Positions 1-9,837 of a stretch of 40,914 nucleotides of DNA are shown here, piece by piece. Below the pieces are notes generated by a model that did not search any database, was not told the DNA's origin, and saw only the letters and a program-made list of their open reading frames with translations. The stretch covers positions 1 through 40,914 of the forward strand of contig JBBDIZ010000010.1 in assembly GCA_040880145.1 (NCBI GenBank). Direction: 5' to 3'. Source of the stretch: Simkaniaceae bacterium. Lineage in GTDB: Bacteria; Chlamydiota; Chlamydiia; Chlamydiales; JAJFMI01. Positions within the stretch are counted from its first letter, which is position 1. Each line of letters starts with the position of its first letter. The position numbers and the translations under genes were made by a program.

Positions 1-111
1 ATGCAATTGAAAAGGAGTTGAAGAGCCTTTGCCATGACTTTTTAAGGACTTACATCTGATTGTCTTAATTTACAGAAACAATGTTGCACTACCATCCAGT
101 GCCCTAAAGAC

Positions 112-153
112 AGGTCAAACACATTTGACCTCATTGTAGGAATTCTGTATTCT
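112..153 (+). promoter_or_regulatory. sigma66/70-type clpB promoter with an overlapping palindrome
   Basis: TTGACC(125-130)-17 nt-TATTCT(148-153), 7 nt before the ATG; perfect inverted repeat AGGTCAAA-caca-TTTGACCT (112-131) covers the -35. Confidence 0.65.
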
Positions 154-160
154 TAGAGTC

Positions 161-2743
161 ATGAATATTGAATTAACAGAAGTCTGTACAAAAGCCCTCC
201 AAAGATCCTCCGAAAAAGCTCGATCAAAAAATCATATCGAGGTTACGGAAATTCATCTTTTAAAGGCTTTTTTAGAAGACCCCTCTGGGTATTTTTCCTC
301 TCTTTTAAGAACGCTTGGTGTTGACATCAACGCATTAAAAGAGGAACTCGATCGATTGGAAAAATGCCTCCCTTGTTATGAAGGGGCGGGTAAAGAGCCC
401 TCGTTTAATGCAAATCTGCAACAAATTATCGTTGCCGCAAAAGATTTAGCTGAAAAATGGAGGGATCGCTACATCTGTTCAGATCATATTCTGCTTTCCT
501 ATTGGAAAAATGCCTCTCAAAAAATCCGCTCTTTTTTCTCTGCCACTCAAACTCAAGCGGAGGAGGTCGAAAAACTCATCAAAGAAAAACGAAAAGATAA
601 AACTATGGATAGCCCAACAAGTGAAGAGAACATGGATGCTTTAGAGAAGTATTGCAAAAATTTAACCTTGCTCGCACAGGAAGGCAAACTCGATCCTGTT
701 ATCGGTCGCGATGATGAGATTCAACGCACCATTCAGGTTTTATCGCGCCGCAGGAAAAATAATCCACTCTTGATTGGAGAGCCGGGCGTTGGAAAAACAG
801 CAATTGCTGAAGGTCTAGCTCAAAGAATCCTCTCTTCTGAGGTCCCCGATACTCTAAAAGAGAAAAAGCTCTTTGCTCTCGATATGGGAAGCTTGATTGC
901 AGGCACCAAATTCCGTGGCGAATTCGAAGAGAGATTAAAAAATATATTAAAAGATATCGAATCGAGTGAGGGCCGCTATATTCTCTTCATTGATGAGGTC
1001 CATACGCTCGTTGGAGCCGGCGCTTCAGAAGGCGCTATGGATGCGGCTAACCTTTTAAAACCTGCTCTTGCTAGAGGAACCCTTCACTGTATTGGTGCGA
1101 CAACACTTAATGAATACCAAAAATACATTGAAAAAGATGCTGCCCTAGAGCGCCGATTTCAGCCGATTCTAATCAAAGAACCGAGCATCGAAGATGCCAT
1201 TAGCATTTTAAGAGGCCTAAAAGAACGCTACGAAAACTTCCACGGTGTTCATATTTTAGAGTCTGCTCTTAACGCAGCAGTCCTCCTCTCCTACCGCTAC
1301 ATCCCTGACCGTCAACTCCCTGATAAAGCGATTGACTTAATCGATGAAGGGGCTTCCTTAATTCGCATGCAACTCGGATCTCGACCTCTTCCCATCGATA
1401 TAAAAGAGCGTGAACTTTCAACCCAAATCATTAAACTCGAGGCTTTAAAGAAAGAGGGCTCCAAGGATGAACTCTCAATACTCGAAAATTTTATCGCAAA
1501 TATCAAAGAAGAGCTGAATGCACTTAAAGAAGATTGGGACCATGAAAAGGGTCTGATCACCTCTGTAAAAGAGAAAAAAAATCAACTTGAAAAAATTCGG
1601 TTTGAAGAAGAAGAAGCTGAACGTGAAGGCCAATATAATCGAGTCGCTGAAATTCGCTACAGCCTAATTCCTGCTCTTCTCAATGAAACTGAAAAGAGCC
1701 AAAAAGCTTTAGATTCCTTACCAAACAGGCTTCTTCACGAAGAAGTGGATGAACAGCTCATTGCACAGATTGTCAGCAAATGGACAGGAATTCCTGTGAT
1801 GAAAATGGTTCAGGGAGAGAAAGAAAAACTTCTTAATTTAGAAAAAACCTTGAAAAAAAGAGTAGTGGGCCAACCCTTTGCTCTAGAATCGGTCTCTGAA
1901 GCGATTCGGCGCTCACGGGCCGGCTTAGGCGATCCAAATCGTCCGATTGGCGTCTTCCTCTTTGTTGGACCAACAGGTGTCGGGAAAACAGAACTTGCAA
2001 AAACGCTTGCCTCTGAACTTTTTTCCTCAGAAGAGGCCATGATCCGGCTCGATATGTCCGAATATATGGAAAGACATACAGTTGCTAAGTTGATCGGCTC
2101 TCCTCCAGGCTACATTGGTTATGATGAAGGAGGCCAATTGACAGAAGCTCTTCGCCGCCGCCCCTATTCAGTTATCCTTCTCGATGAAATAGAAAAAGCT
2201 CATCCTGATGTCTTTAACATCCTCCTTCAACTCTTCGATGATGGCAGAATCACAGATAGCAAGGGACGAACGGTCAACGCCAAAAATGCTCTCTTTATCA
2301 TGACCTCAAACCTTGGCTCTGAAAAACTCTTAGAAAAAATACAAACAGGTACTCTAAATCCTGATAAGGAAGAAATCTTAAAGATTATCGATCCCATCTT
2401 AAAAAGCCACTTTCGTCCAGAATTTTTGAATCGCGTCGATGAAATTCTCCCCTTCATCCCTCTTCAGGAACAGGATATGGAAAAAATCGCCCTCATCCAA
2501 TTGAAAAAAGTTAAAGAGCGAATGAATGAAAAAGAATTGACCCTGCTTTGGGATCCTCATGTCTTAGCCCATTTAGCTAAAAAAGGTTATGATCCTATTT
2601 TTGGAGCTCGTCCTTTAAAACGCCTCATCCAAAAAGAGGTTATCTCTCTTTTAGCTTCCAATATTTTGAGTGAGAAAATTAAAAAAGGCGAAGAAGTGAT
2701 TCTAAATTTAATCGATAACAAGGTTAATTTTATTACTAAATAA
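161..2743 (+). CDS. clpB: ATP-dependent chaperone ClpB
   Basis: Two AAA+ modules ([13 protein letters not shown] and [12 protein letters not shown]), coiled-coil M domain, [19 protein letters not shown]. Confidence 0.97.
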   Translation: MNIELTEVCTKALQRSSEKARSKNHIEVTEIHLLKAFLEDPSGYFSSLLRTLGVDINALKEELDRLEKCLPCYEGAGKEPSFNANLQQIIVAAKDLAEKWRDRYICSDHILLSYWKNASQKIRSFFSATQTQAEEVEKLIKEKRKDKTMDSPTSEENMDALEKYCKNLTLLAQEGKLDPVIGRDDEIQRTIQVLSRRRKNNPLLIGEPGVGKTAIAEGLAQRILSSEVPDTLKEKKLFALDMGSLIAGTKFRGEFEERLKNILKDIESSEGRYILFIDEVHTLVGAGASEGAMDAANLLKPALARGTLHCIGATTLNEYQKYIEKDAALERRFQPILIKEPSIEDAISILRGLKERYENFHGVHILESALNAAVLLSYRYIPDRQLPDKAIDLIDEGASLIRMQLGSRPLPIDIKERELSTQIIKLEALKKEGSKDELSILENFIANIKEELNALKEDWDHEKGLITSVKEKKNQLEKIRFEEEEAEREGQYNRVAEIRYSLIPALLNETEKSQKALDSLPNRLLHEEVDEQLIAQIVSKWTGIPVMKMVQGEKEKLLNLEKTLKKRVVGQPFALESVSEAIRRSRAGLGDPNRPIGVFLFVGPTGVGKTELAKTLASELFSSEEAMIRLDMSEYMERHTVAKLIGSPPGYIGYDEGGQLTEALRRRPYSVILLDEIEKAHPDVFNILLQLFDDGRITDSKGRTVNAKNALFIMTSNLGSEKLLEKIQTGTLNPDKEEILKIIDPILKSHFRPEFLNRVDEILPFIPLQEQDMEKIALIQLKKVKERMNEKELTLLWDPHVLAHLAKKGYDPIFGARPLKRLIQKEVISLLASNILSEKIKKGEEVILNLIDNKVNFITK

Positions 2744-2758
2744 TACACACTTGCTTTA

Positions 2759-2791
2759 TTCATGTAATTAGGAAGTAATTAATTACATGAA
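2759..2791. repeat. 12-bp perfect inverted repeat spanning the MFS start codon
   Basis: TTCATGTAATTA-ggaagtaat-TAATTACATGAA. Confidence 0.7.
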
Positions 2792-4010
2792 ATCACTAAT
2801 ACATTCAGTTTTCCCACCGATTTTAAGTTTAATTATTGTCATGTTGGGCAATAGTTTTTTTACAACTTTTATCAGTGTTTCGCTGTCTGAACAGCATTCC
2901 ACCTACATTGTCGGATTTGTAAACTCAGCGTTCTATTCAGGAATATTAATAGGCTGCTTTTTTATGGAACGATTGATTCATCGAGTGGGTCATGTCCGTT
3001 CCTTTACTTTTTTTGCCAGTCTCAATGCGATTTTAGTACTTCTCCACCTTTTCCTAATCAATATCTACGCCTGGGTTAGCCTTCGTTTTCTTATGGGAAT
3101 TTGCTCAAGTGGATTTTTCATCATTATTGAAAGTTGGCTTCTTCTTTTATCCGATACAAATTCTAGGGGAAAGATCCTCTCTTTTTACATGCTAGCGCTC
3201 TATCTAGCACAAGGCGCAAGTCAGTTCATACTCAATTGGTTAAACTTTCACTCCCACATTCCATTCTGTGTTACCGTCATGTTTTCTTGTCTTTCAATCA
3301 TACCCTTTTCCATTATGAATGATAAAGTCCCAAAATGTTTAACGGCTCCAAATTTTAGTATCTTCGAAATCATCAAAAACTCCCCTCTTGGATTTACCGG
3401 ATGCATCCTATCCGGCATGATGGTTTCAGCCTTTCACGGTCTAGCTCCTGTAATGGGAAAAGAGCTTGGGCTCAATATGCTTCAAATCACAAAAATGATG
3501 GGATTAACGATCTTTGGAGGCCTTATATTTCAATGGCCAATCGGACACCTCTCAGACCTCTTCAATCGAAGAAAGGTCCTCTCCTTTGTGAGTCTGTCAT
3601 TAATTGCAGTCTCGGTTACCCTAGCTTTTAGCAGAACCTTCCATTTTGGGCTCTTTCTCCCCCTCTCTATGCTCTTTGGAGGCTTGCTCTTCACCCTCTA
3701 TCCTCTTTCAATCAGCTACACCTCAGACCGCATCAGCACCGCCTCAATCACAACCATCACATGCGTCATGTTGATCCTCTATGGAGTTGGAAGCATTGCG
3801 GGCCCTTTAGCCGTGCCTTTAGCGCTAACGCACATCGGCCCTCACGGACTCTATCTTTATGTAGCAACTCTTACAATTTTTCTCTTTCTCTTTTCAAATT
3901 CCAGGTTTGGAAGAGAAGAAATTCTAAAAACTCCACTCTCTCCACCTGAACCCCTTGCAGTTCCATCAGAAGAGTTAACCGAAAATCAGAGTGAAAATTC
4001 TTTAAATTGA
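2787..4010 (+). CDS. MFS transporter (YcaD-like)
   Basis: About 12 hydrophobic segments; RVGHVRSF, ESWL, QWPIGHLSDLFNRR motifs. Confidence 0.85.
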   Translation: MKSLIHSVFPPILSLIIVMLGNSFFTTFISVSLSEQHSTYIVGFVNSAFYSGILIGCFFMERLIHRVGHVRSFTFFASLNAILVLLHLFLINIYAWVSLRFLMGICSSGFFIIIESWLLLLSDTNSRGKILSFYMLALYLAQGASQFILNWLNFHSHIPFCVTVMFSCLSIIPFSIMNDKVPKCLTAPNFSIFEIIKNSPLGFTGCILSGMMVSAFHGLAPVMGKELGLNMLQITKMMGLTIFGGLIFQWPIGHLSDLFNRRKVLSFVSLSLIAVSVTLAFSRTFHFGLFLPLSMLFGGLLFTLYPLSISYTSDRISTASITTITCVMLILYGVGSIAGPLAVPLALTHIGPHGLYLYVATLTIFLFLFSNSRFGREEILKTPLSPPEPLAVPSEELTENQSENSLN

Positions 4011-4420
4011 TCTTTTAAAGAAGCTGGAACGACCTCGTCGATTCCTTCCTTATCATACATTAAGAAATAGGAACACGCAAAGAGAATACCAAGAGCCGGA
4101 CTGAAAATGGCAACCGTCAAGGCAACAAAAGAAACAAGCGCTCTCTTTATAGAAAGCCGAGTCCGCTTTAACTTTTGTTTGAGTAAAGAAGAGCTAAAAC
4201 CCGTTGCCGCGCTTAAAAGAAAATAGACCAAGAGCATCACTAAAGAATAGGCAGTCCAAGCAAGATCAGCACAAAGCAGAAGCGCAAAAAACAAGCGCGC
4301 TGCAAGTGATGAAAAAATCCGCTCTCTAAAAGAAAGAGGAGAGGGGTCACTATCCTCCTTCTGCTCATCATTTAAAGGAAGTTCTTGAAAATCTGATAAT
4401 TTGTAAATTGCCATCTGCAT
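3986..4420 (-). CDS. hypothetical membrane protein (start may be 4414)
   Basis: 144 aa ORF with 3-4 hydrophobic helices; AGGA/TAGGAT upstream of ATG 4414. Confidence 0.65.
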   Translation of the reverse strand: MQMAIYKLSDFQELPLNDEQKEDSDPSPLSFRERIFSSLAARLFFALLLCADLAWTAYSLVMLLVYFLLSAATGFSSSLLKQKLKRTRLSIKRALVSFVALTVAIFSPALGILFACSYFLMYDKEGIDEVVPASLKDQFKEFSL

Positions 4421-4443
4421 ATCCTAACGTTGACATCAAATCG

Positions 4444-4492
4444 AAAAAAAAGAGGAGATGGGTGCCTTCCGACGCTCCATTTCCTTTTCTTT
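4444..4492. terminator. hairpin with T-tracts on both strands (possible bidirectional intrinsic terminator)
   Basis: A-tract, then GAGGAGATGGGTGCC-ttcc-GACGCTCCATTTCCTTTTCTTT; lies downstream of the 4569..5318 minus-strand gene. Confidence 0.5.
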
Positions 4493-4568
4493 GAATTTGA
4501 CCATATTCCCTTCTTTTTTGTGTAGTCTTTCTTTTCCAAGAAAGCAATTCCTACAAAAAAACAAGCCG

Positions 4569-5318
4569 CTAAAGAGCTCCCTTAGCGATTTCGATCGATT
4601 CAGTGGCGTATTTTGACAGTTCTTTTGTAATTCTCCATAGCTGTCCTTCAACATTTTGAGTTAAAAAGAAGATAACCCCAGAAAATGGGACCTCAGATAG
4701 TTTGAGGCTCATTTTTTGATACCACTCAAGTGAATCTAAAATATCGTTAGGTGGAAGAATTTTTTCCGACATTTTTAAATTAATATTTATGTGATTATTT
4801 AAATTTTTATGGAAGCTTTGCCCGCTCTTCAAAGACCAATCCCGCACATCAAGAAAGCAATCCGATTCAATAATTAGATTGTATTTAGCGCCATATTCAC
4901 TCTCTTTCTGCTTAAGACAGTCGTAATAGCCGTTGTCTCCAATAGAAAATTCCTTGAAAAAATCACATTCAACACTCTCTCCTACCGCCATTTCTTCGAT
5001 AAAATATTTTAATTGTATCTGGTAATCCGGATCATCAATCCCAATCCCTTTTCCTACATTCATTGAGAGTAACCCTTCTTTTTTTACTCCTTCTTCTATG
5101 TCTTGAGAGGTCGAAAGGGAATGGCTCAGAGATTTCAGCATTTCAGGATAAATTTGAACTAAATTTTCCTTCAAATAAAAAAGAATGGTTAAATTTCTAT
5201 GAAAAGACAATAGATTATTTTCCTTAAAGGAGTTAAGGATTCCTTCATCAAATGCAAGATCCTCATAATTTGAAACATTTTCTAATAATTGGCTAGGAGA
5301 ACAAAATACTTTTGACAT
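4569..5318 (-). CDS. hypothetical protein (AT-rich orphan)
   Basis: 249 aa ORF, GAGG SD upstream, no recognisable motif. Confidence 0.65.
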   Translation of the reverse strand: MSKVFCSPSQLLENVSNYEDLAFDEGILNSFKENNLLSFHRNLTILFYLKENLVQIYPEMLKSLSHSLSTSQDIEEGVKKEGLLSMNVGKGIGIDDPDYQIQLKYFIEEMAVGESVECDFFKEFSIGDNGYYDCLKQKESEYGAKYNLIIESDCFLDVRDWSLKSGQSFHKNLNNHININLKMSEKILPPNDILDSLEWYQKMSLKLSEVPFSGVIFFLTQNVEGQLWRITKELSKYATESIEIAKGAL

Positions 5319-5446
5319 AACAACCTCATTAATATGTTTGTTTCCTATAATTGTATATGATCACACTATTATAATTAAGTTAATTATCTTTTATTATGTT
5401 TTGTATTCTTGTGCCAAAAATGCTGTCAAAAATCAGAAAACGTCCC

Positions 5447-5475
5447 TAGACAGTAATCAAGCAGTATGATATCCT
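5447..5475 (+). promoter_or_regulatory. rpmB promoter
   Basis: TAGACA-17 nt-TATCCT with TG extended -10; GGAG SD before ATG 5503. Confidence 0.5.
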
Positions 5476-5502
5476 TATCGAAAAAATTGTTCGGAGCAAA
5501 AG

Positions 5503-5778
5503 ATGTCAAAAGTCTGTCAAGTGACCGGCAAAAAACCGCGAAAAGGTCGTTCCTATTCCATCCGCGGAATTGCCAAGAAGAAAAAGGGTATTGGTCTAAA
5601 CATTACTGGCAAGTGCAAGCGCCGCTTCCAACCCAATCTAGTGAAAAAACGATTTTGGTTTGCTGAAGAAGAACGCTTTATAACTTTGCGGCTATCGACA
5701 AGTGCAATGCGCACAATCGATAAAAATGGCTTAGCTTCAGTGATTCGCGATATGCGCAGCACTGGCTTTAAAATTTAG
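5503..5778 (+). CDS. rpmB: 50S ribosomal protein L28
   Basis: MSKVCQVTGKKP...RRFQPNL; chlamydial-type RGIAKKKKGIG insert. Confidence 0.96.
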   Translation: MSKVCQVTGKKPRKGRSYSIRGIAKKKKGIGLNITGKCKRRFQPNLVKKRFWFAEEERFITLRLSTSAMRTIDKNGLASVIRDMRSTGFKI

Positions 5779-5781
5779 GCT

Positions 5782-6786
5782 GTGTTCAAAACCCTGACTC
5801 TTCGTTGGGGTTTGCTTTTATTCCCTCTATTTTTCTTTTTTCTTATTTTTTATGCTCTTAGAATCCACTTTCCAAACGAAAAAGTTCCAATCCGCTTTTA
5901 CGCCAATCAGACGCGTGACAACTTAAAACTATTGACCGCTGAATCTCTTCGCTTAACTAAAAATTCAATCCATCTAGCCAGCTATCATCTCACGGACGAA
6001 GATATCATCAACCACCTTAACCATCTCGCTCATGATAAAGACGTCACTTTGTATCTCGACCACACCAATAAAAGAATTAAAAAAAAACTTCATCCAAACA
6101 TCACCCTTCACTTGATCAAAATGAAAGGATTGATGCATGAAAAAATTTGCATTATCGATAAGAAGTATTCTTTTCTAGGAAGCGCGAATATGACAAGAGA
6201 TTCCCTTTCCTTCCACGACAACATCATTTGCGGGATATTGAGCGCATCTCTTGCAGAAAAATTGATCCTACATCTTAAATCTCTCACTGAAAACCTCCAA
6301 ACACCCCCTCTTATTGAAAGAATTAACGGGCAAAAAATTAAGATCCTTTTTTCTCCCCTTTCAGGAGAAGAGGCTGCCAATCTCATCAAAAAAGGAATCC
6401 AAAAAGCAGAGCAGGAGATCTTTATTTCGATGTTCACCTTTACCCATCGTCCCATCATTCACCTCCTGCTTGAAGAGAGAAAAAAAGGGAAAAATGTCGA
6501 TGTCTACCTCGATCAAACGACCTCACGCGGGAGTTCAAAGTGGGCGAAAGAGCATTTGAATCCTTCCCTTAACCGATCTTCCTCTCTCTTCCACCATAAG
6601 TGGGTTTTACTCGATCAAAAAAAAATAATTTTTGGATCGGCTAATTGGACCCAAGGGGCTTTTAAAAGAAATGCGGACTACGTCTGTCAAATCTCACCTC
6701 TCACACCCAAACAAAAAAAATTCTTCAAAAAAATCTCCAAAAAAATCAAGCAAGAGACTCACATTCCAAACAAGAATAAGACTTGA
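5782..6786 (+). CDS. phospholipase D superfamily protein, N-terminal membrane anchor
   Basis: Two HKD motifs: HEKICIIDK...GSAN and HHKWVLLDQ...GSAN. Confidence 0.9.
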   Translation: MFKTLTLRWGLLLFPLFFFFLIFYALRIHFPNEKVPIRFYANQTRDNLKLLTAESLRLTKNSIHLASYHLTDEDIINHLNHLAHDKDVTLYLDHTNKRIKKKLHPNITLHLIKMKGLMHEKICIIDKKYSFLGSANMTRDSLSFHDNIICGILSASLAEKLILHLKSLTENLQTPPLIERINGQKIKILFSPLSGEEAANLIKKGIQKAEQEIFISMFTFTHRPIIHLLLEERKKGKNVDVYLDQTTSRGSSKWAKEHLNPSLNRSSSLFHHKWVLLDQKKIIFGSANWTQGAFKRNADYVCQISPLTPKQKKFFKKISKKIKQETHIPNKNKT

Positions 6787-6842
6787 GGAATATTAAGTTT
6801 TATTAAATAATCCTCTTTTTTTTGTCTTAGGAATCCGAAAAA

Positions 6843-7562
6843 ATGCATGTATCCAATCACACCTCGAAAGGTCCTGTTGATCTTCTAGTTGATTTTTGTT
6901 TTGAGTTTGATTTTTTAAAAATTTTAAAAGTTGTAACGCAAGCTCTAATCATAATCAACTACCATGAAGAAACCATCAGCGAAGTCGCGCGTGGGTGCAA
7001 AGAATTTAAGTTTGCTAAAGTCGCTTTTTTCAGTATACCTAAAGACATTCTCAATCTTGAAAATTATCTCCATACTTTTATTTCTGATGCTCCAACGCTC
7101 TCTAACAAGGATTTGATCGAAAGAATTACAACCCTTTCCTGTAAACATTTTCTTAATCTTAGCAAGGATTTATGCGAAGTTTCTAAAACAGCTGTCTCAA
7201 CTTTTGAACCTCTAAAACCCTTAATTCGTCCTTTAGCTGCACTTTCAGGGATTTTAAGCTCGATTTCTGCAATCTATCACTTAAGCATTACGAGTATTGA
7301 AATCATCCAATGTTTGAAAAGTCCGGATAAGGTAGAACCGGTAGTCTGGGCGGGCTTCATTCTCTCTATCGCTCTTTATGGACTCAAACTTATTTTAGGA
7401 TTACTCGCTCTAATCGGTGCTCTTTTTCTTTTCTCTTTCTCCCCAACAACCCTCCTCATCCTTTCCTCTCTTCTGCTTCTATTGACAATCTTACAGTTTT
7501 TTTACCAGGAGAGCCAAATAGAACCTGATAATTGGGCTGAGCTCCAATTTTGCCATTTATGA
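6843..7562 (+). CDS. hypothetical membrane protein, Inc-like hydrophobic C-terminus
   Basis: 239 aa; about 55-residue bilobed hydrophobic stretch near the C-terminus; ATGA overlap with truA. Confidence 0.65.
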   Translation: MHVSNHTSKGPVDLLVDFCFEFDFLKILKVVTQALIIINYHEETISEVARGCKEFKFAKVAFFSIPKDILNLENYLHTFISDAPTLSNKDLIERITTLSCKHFLNLSKDLCEVSKTAVSTFEPLKPLIRPLAALSGILSSISAIYHLSITSIEIIQCLKSPDKVEPVVWAGFILSIALYGLKLILGLLALIGALFLFSFSPTTLLILSSLLLLLTILQFFYQESQIEPDNWAELQFCHL

Positions 7563-8278
7563 TTAATTATAAAATGACCCTCTCTTATGAGGGAGCTCCT
7601 TTTTTTGGTTGGCAAAAGACTCTGAATCACCCAACAATAGAGGGCTGCCTGGAAAAGGCTCTTTTAAGGCTATTTGGGTTTGCGCCTTCGCTTCAGGCTG
7701 CATCCCGAACAGATCGAGGCGTCCATGCTCTTGGGCAAGTTGTGAACTTTCTTGCTCCCGAAATTGATTGTCAAAAAATCAAGTTCAAGCTGAATCATCT
7801 TTTACCGGAGAGTATTCAAGTCTTTCAAGTAGAGAAAGCAAGCCCCTTGTTTCATCCCACACTCGATAATAAGGGAAAAGAGTATCACTATCGAGTTACG
7901 ATAGATCCCATCCAATCCCCAGAGATGCGTTTCTATGCCTGGCACTATTTCTACCCAATCGATCGAAATAAGCTGCAAAAAGCTAAAGAATTATTTATCG
8001 GAATTCATGATTTTTCTCCTCTTTCAAATCAAACAACCCCGTCTCAATCTTCAAGAAAATGCCACCTTTTTTCTATAGACATCGAGGGGGATAGCCGGCA
8101 TTTAATTTTTAAAATACGCGGGGACCGCTTCCTATATAAAATGGTACGCAACCTGGTTGGTACTCTGATTCAAATGGGGTCCAATAAAATTTCTTTATCC
8201 ACCTTTCCACTAAATCGCCAAGCATGCGGCATGACAGCACCGGCTCATGGACTTTATTTATATAAAGTTTTTTATTGA
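7559..8278 (+). CDS. truA: tRNA pseudouridine(38-40) synthase
   Basis: YEG..F.GWQ, SRTDRGVHA, FLYKMVR, TAPAHGLYL; ATG 7559 preferred over the ORF-track TTG at 7550. Confidence 0.95.
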   Translation: MINYKMTLSYEGAPFFGWQKTLNHPTIEGCLEKALLRLFGFAPSLQAASRTDRGVHALGQVVNFLAPEIDCQKIKFKLNHLLPESIQVFQVEKASPLFHPTLDNKGKEYHYRVTIDPIQSPEMRFYAWHYFYPIDRNKLQKAKELFIGIHDFSPLSNQTTPSQSSRKCHLFSIDIEGDSRHLIFKIRGDRFLYKMVRNLVGTLIQMGSNKISLSTFPLNRQACGMTAPAHGLYLYKVFY

Positions 8279-8314
8279 ATTTATTTTTTTTCTATTTTCT
8301 TTTAGAATGATTGT

Positions 8315-9199
8315 ATGATTCATCGAAATGACCCTTGCTGGTGTAATAGCGGAAAAAAATGGAAGCGATGCCACTACCCTCAGAAAGCCTCAAATGAGCA
8401 GGCGGCTCTTAAGGAGGAGTATTGGAGAAAATACCAAATTCGACTCAAAACTCCAGAAGAGATTGAAGGCATTCGTAAAGCCGCTAAGGCTACAGCTCGT
8501 ATTCTCAAGGAAACCTGTGCTATAGCGAAAGAGGGCGTTACAACCAATGAAATTGATGCTTTTGCCCATAAACTCCACAGAGAAATCCATGCACGCCCAG
8601 CACCTCTTGGCTATGGAGATCCTCCTTTCCCTAAATGCATTTGCACCTCTTTAAACGAGGTCATCTGCCATGGAATTCCTAACGACATCCCTTTGAAAAA
8701 TGGAGATATTCTCAATATCGATACCAGCCTTGAATTAAATGGTTTTTTCGGTGATTGCAGCTCTATGGTCATGATTGGAGAGGTCTCCGATGAAAAAAAG
8801 CATGTCGTCGCTGTTTCAAAAGAATGCTTGAAACGCTCCATCGCTTTATTAAAACCTGGAATTTTTGTTTATGAAATTGCAGAGGTGATCGAAGACTATG
8901 CTAAGGCTCAAAAATGCTCTGTTGTCAATCAATTTGTCGGTCACGGAATTGGGCTGCAATTTCACGAAGCGCCTTCAATTCCACACCATTATAATAAGAT
9001 AAAAATACCTCTTGTTCAAGGGATGACCTTTACGATTGAACCCATGATTAACGCAGGCGTTCGAGAGGGTAAAATTAATTCAAAAAACCACTGGGAAGCA
9101 CGCACTCTCGACGGCAAGCCTTCTGCTCAATTTGAGCATCAACTCTTGATCACCGAAGATGGACGTGAAATTCTTACCTTGATTGAGGAAGACTCGTGA
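8315..9199 (+). CDS. map: methionine aminopeptidase type I with N-terminal SEC-C Zn motif
   Basis: RNDPCWCNSGKKWKRCH; CTSLNEVICHGIP, GHGIG..FHE, FTIEPMIN, AQFEH. Confidence 0.96.
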   Translation: MIHRNDPCWCNSGKKWKRCHYPQKASNEQAALKEEYWRKYQIRLKTPEEIEGIRKAAKATARILKETCAIAKEGVTTNEIDAFAHKLHREIHARPAPLGYGDPPFPKCICTSLNEVICHGIPNDIPLKNGDILNIDTSLELNGFFGDCSSMVMIGEVSDEKKHVVAVSKECLKRSIALLKPGIFVYEIAEVIEDYAKAQKCSVVNQFVGHGIGLQFHEAPSIPHHYNKIKIPLVQGMTFTIEPMINAGVREGKINSKNHWEARTLDGKPSAQFEHQLLITEDGREILTLIEEDS

Positions 9200-9837
9200 A
9201 AGAACTTAACAAACTATTCGATAATAATCGCCTTTGGGCGAATCAAAAAACGCAGCAAAATCCTGATTTCTTCTCTGATTCAGCAAAAAAGCAAGCCCCT
9301 AAATATCTTTGGATCGGCTGCTCGGATAGCCGCATCCCTGCAAACGAAATTTTAGGCCTAGAACCCGGTGAAATTTTTGTTCATCGCAATATCGCAAACC
9401 TTTGCCCCCACACTGACTTTAATTGCCTTAGCGTTTTACAATTTGCAATAGAATCTCTTTCCGTTGAACACGTAATTGTTTGTGGACACTACGGATGTTC
9501 AGGCGTTGCCGCAGCTATGGAAAATGCCCAATGCGGACTTGTTGATAATTGGCTCTGTCATATTCGAGATGTCTATGCCAAAGAGAAAAAAATACTCGAC
9601 AATATCCGTGATAAGGAAAAACGATACCGCCGCCTTGTCGAGTTAAACACTCTTTATCAAGTCATGAACGTTTGCCACACAACAATAGTCCAAAATGCTT
9701 GGGATAAGAAGAAAAGCCTTACTGTACATGGTTGGGTCTATGATCTTTCTACAGGCCTTTTAAAAGATTTAGATTGTTGCATTTCTTCTCTAGATCAAAT
9801 TGAAAAGACACATCAAACCTTGATGCTCAACCCTTAG
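9196..9837 (+). CDS. can: beta-class carbonic anhydrase
   Basis: CSDSR, FVHRNIAN, CGHYGCSG zinc ligands; GTGA overlap with map. Confidence 0.93.
   Translation: MKELNKLFDNNRLWANQKTQQNPDFFSDSAKKQAPKYLWIGCSDSRIPANEILGLEPGEIFVHRNIANLCPHTDFNCLSVLQFAIESLSVEHVIVCGHYGCSGVAAAMENAQCGLVDNWLCHIRDVYAKEKKILDNIRDKEKRYRRLVELNTLYQVMNVCHTTIVQNAWDKKKSLTVHGWVYDLSTGLLKDLDCCISSLDQIEKTHQTLMLNP

Noticed and set aside
1..59. Possible 3' end of an upstream plus-strand CDS (AIEKELKSLCHDFLRTYI*)
   Set aside because: Truncated by the window edge and too short to identify
83..105. CIRCE-like GCACT...AGTGC upstream of clpB
   Set aside because: Spacer is 4 nt shorter than the invariant N9 and the outer bases mismatch
5782..6786. 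PLD as an anti-phage nuclease
   Set aside because: Membrane-anchored double-HKD protein near rpmB fits the ordinary chlamydial chromosomal PLD; no helicase or defence partners nearby
8315..8380. SEC-C motif fused to MetAP as a novelty
   Set aside because: Known architecture of chlamydial Map
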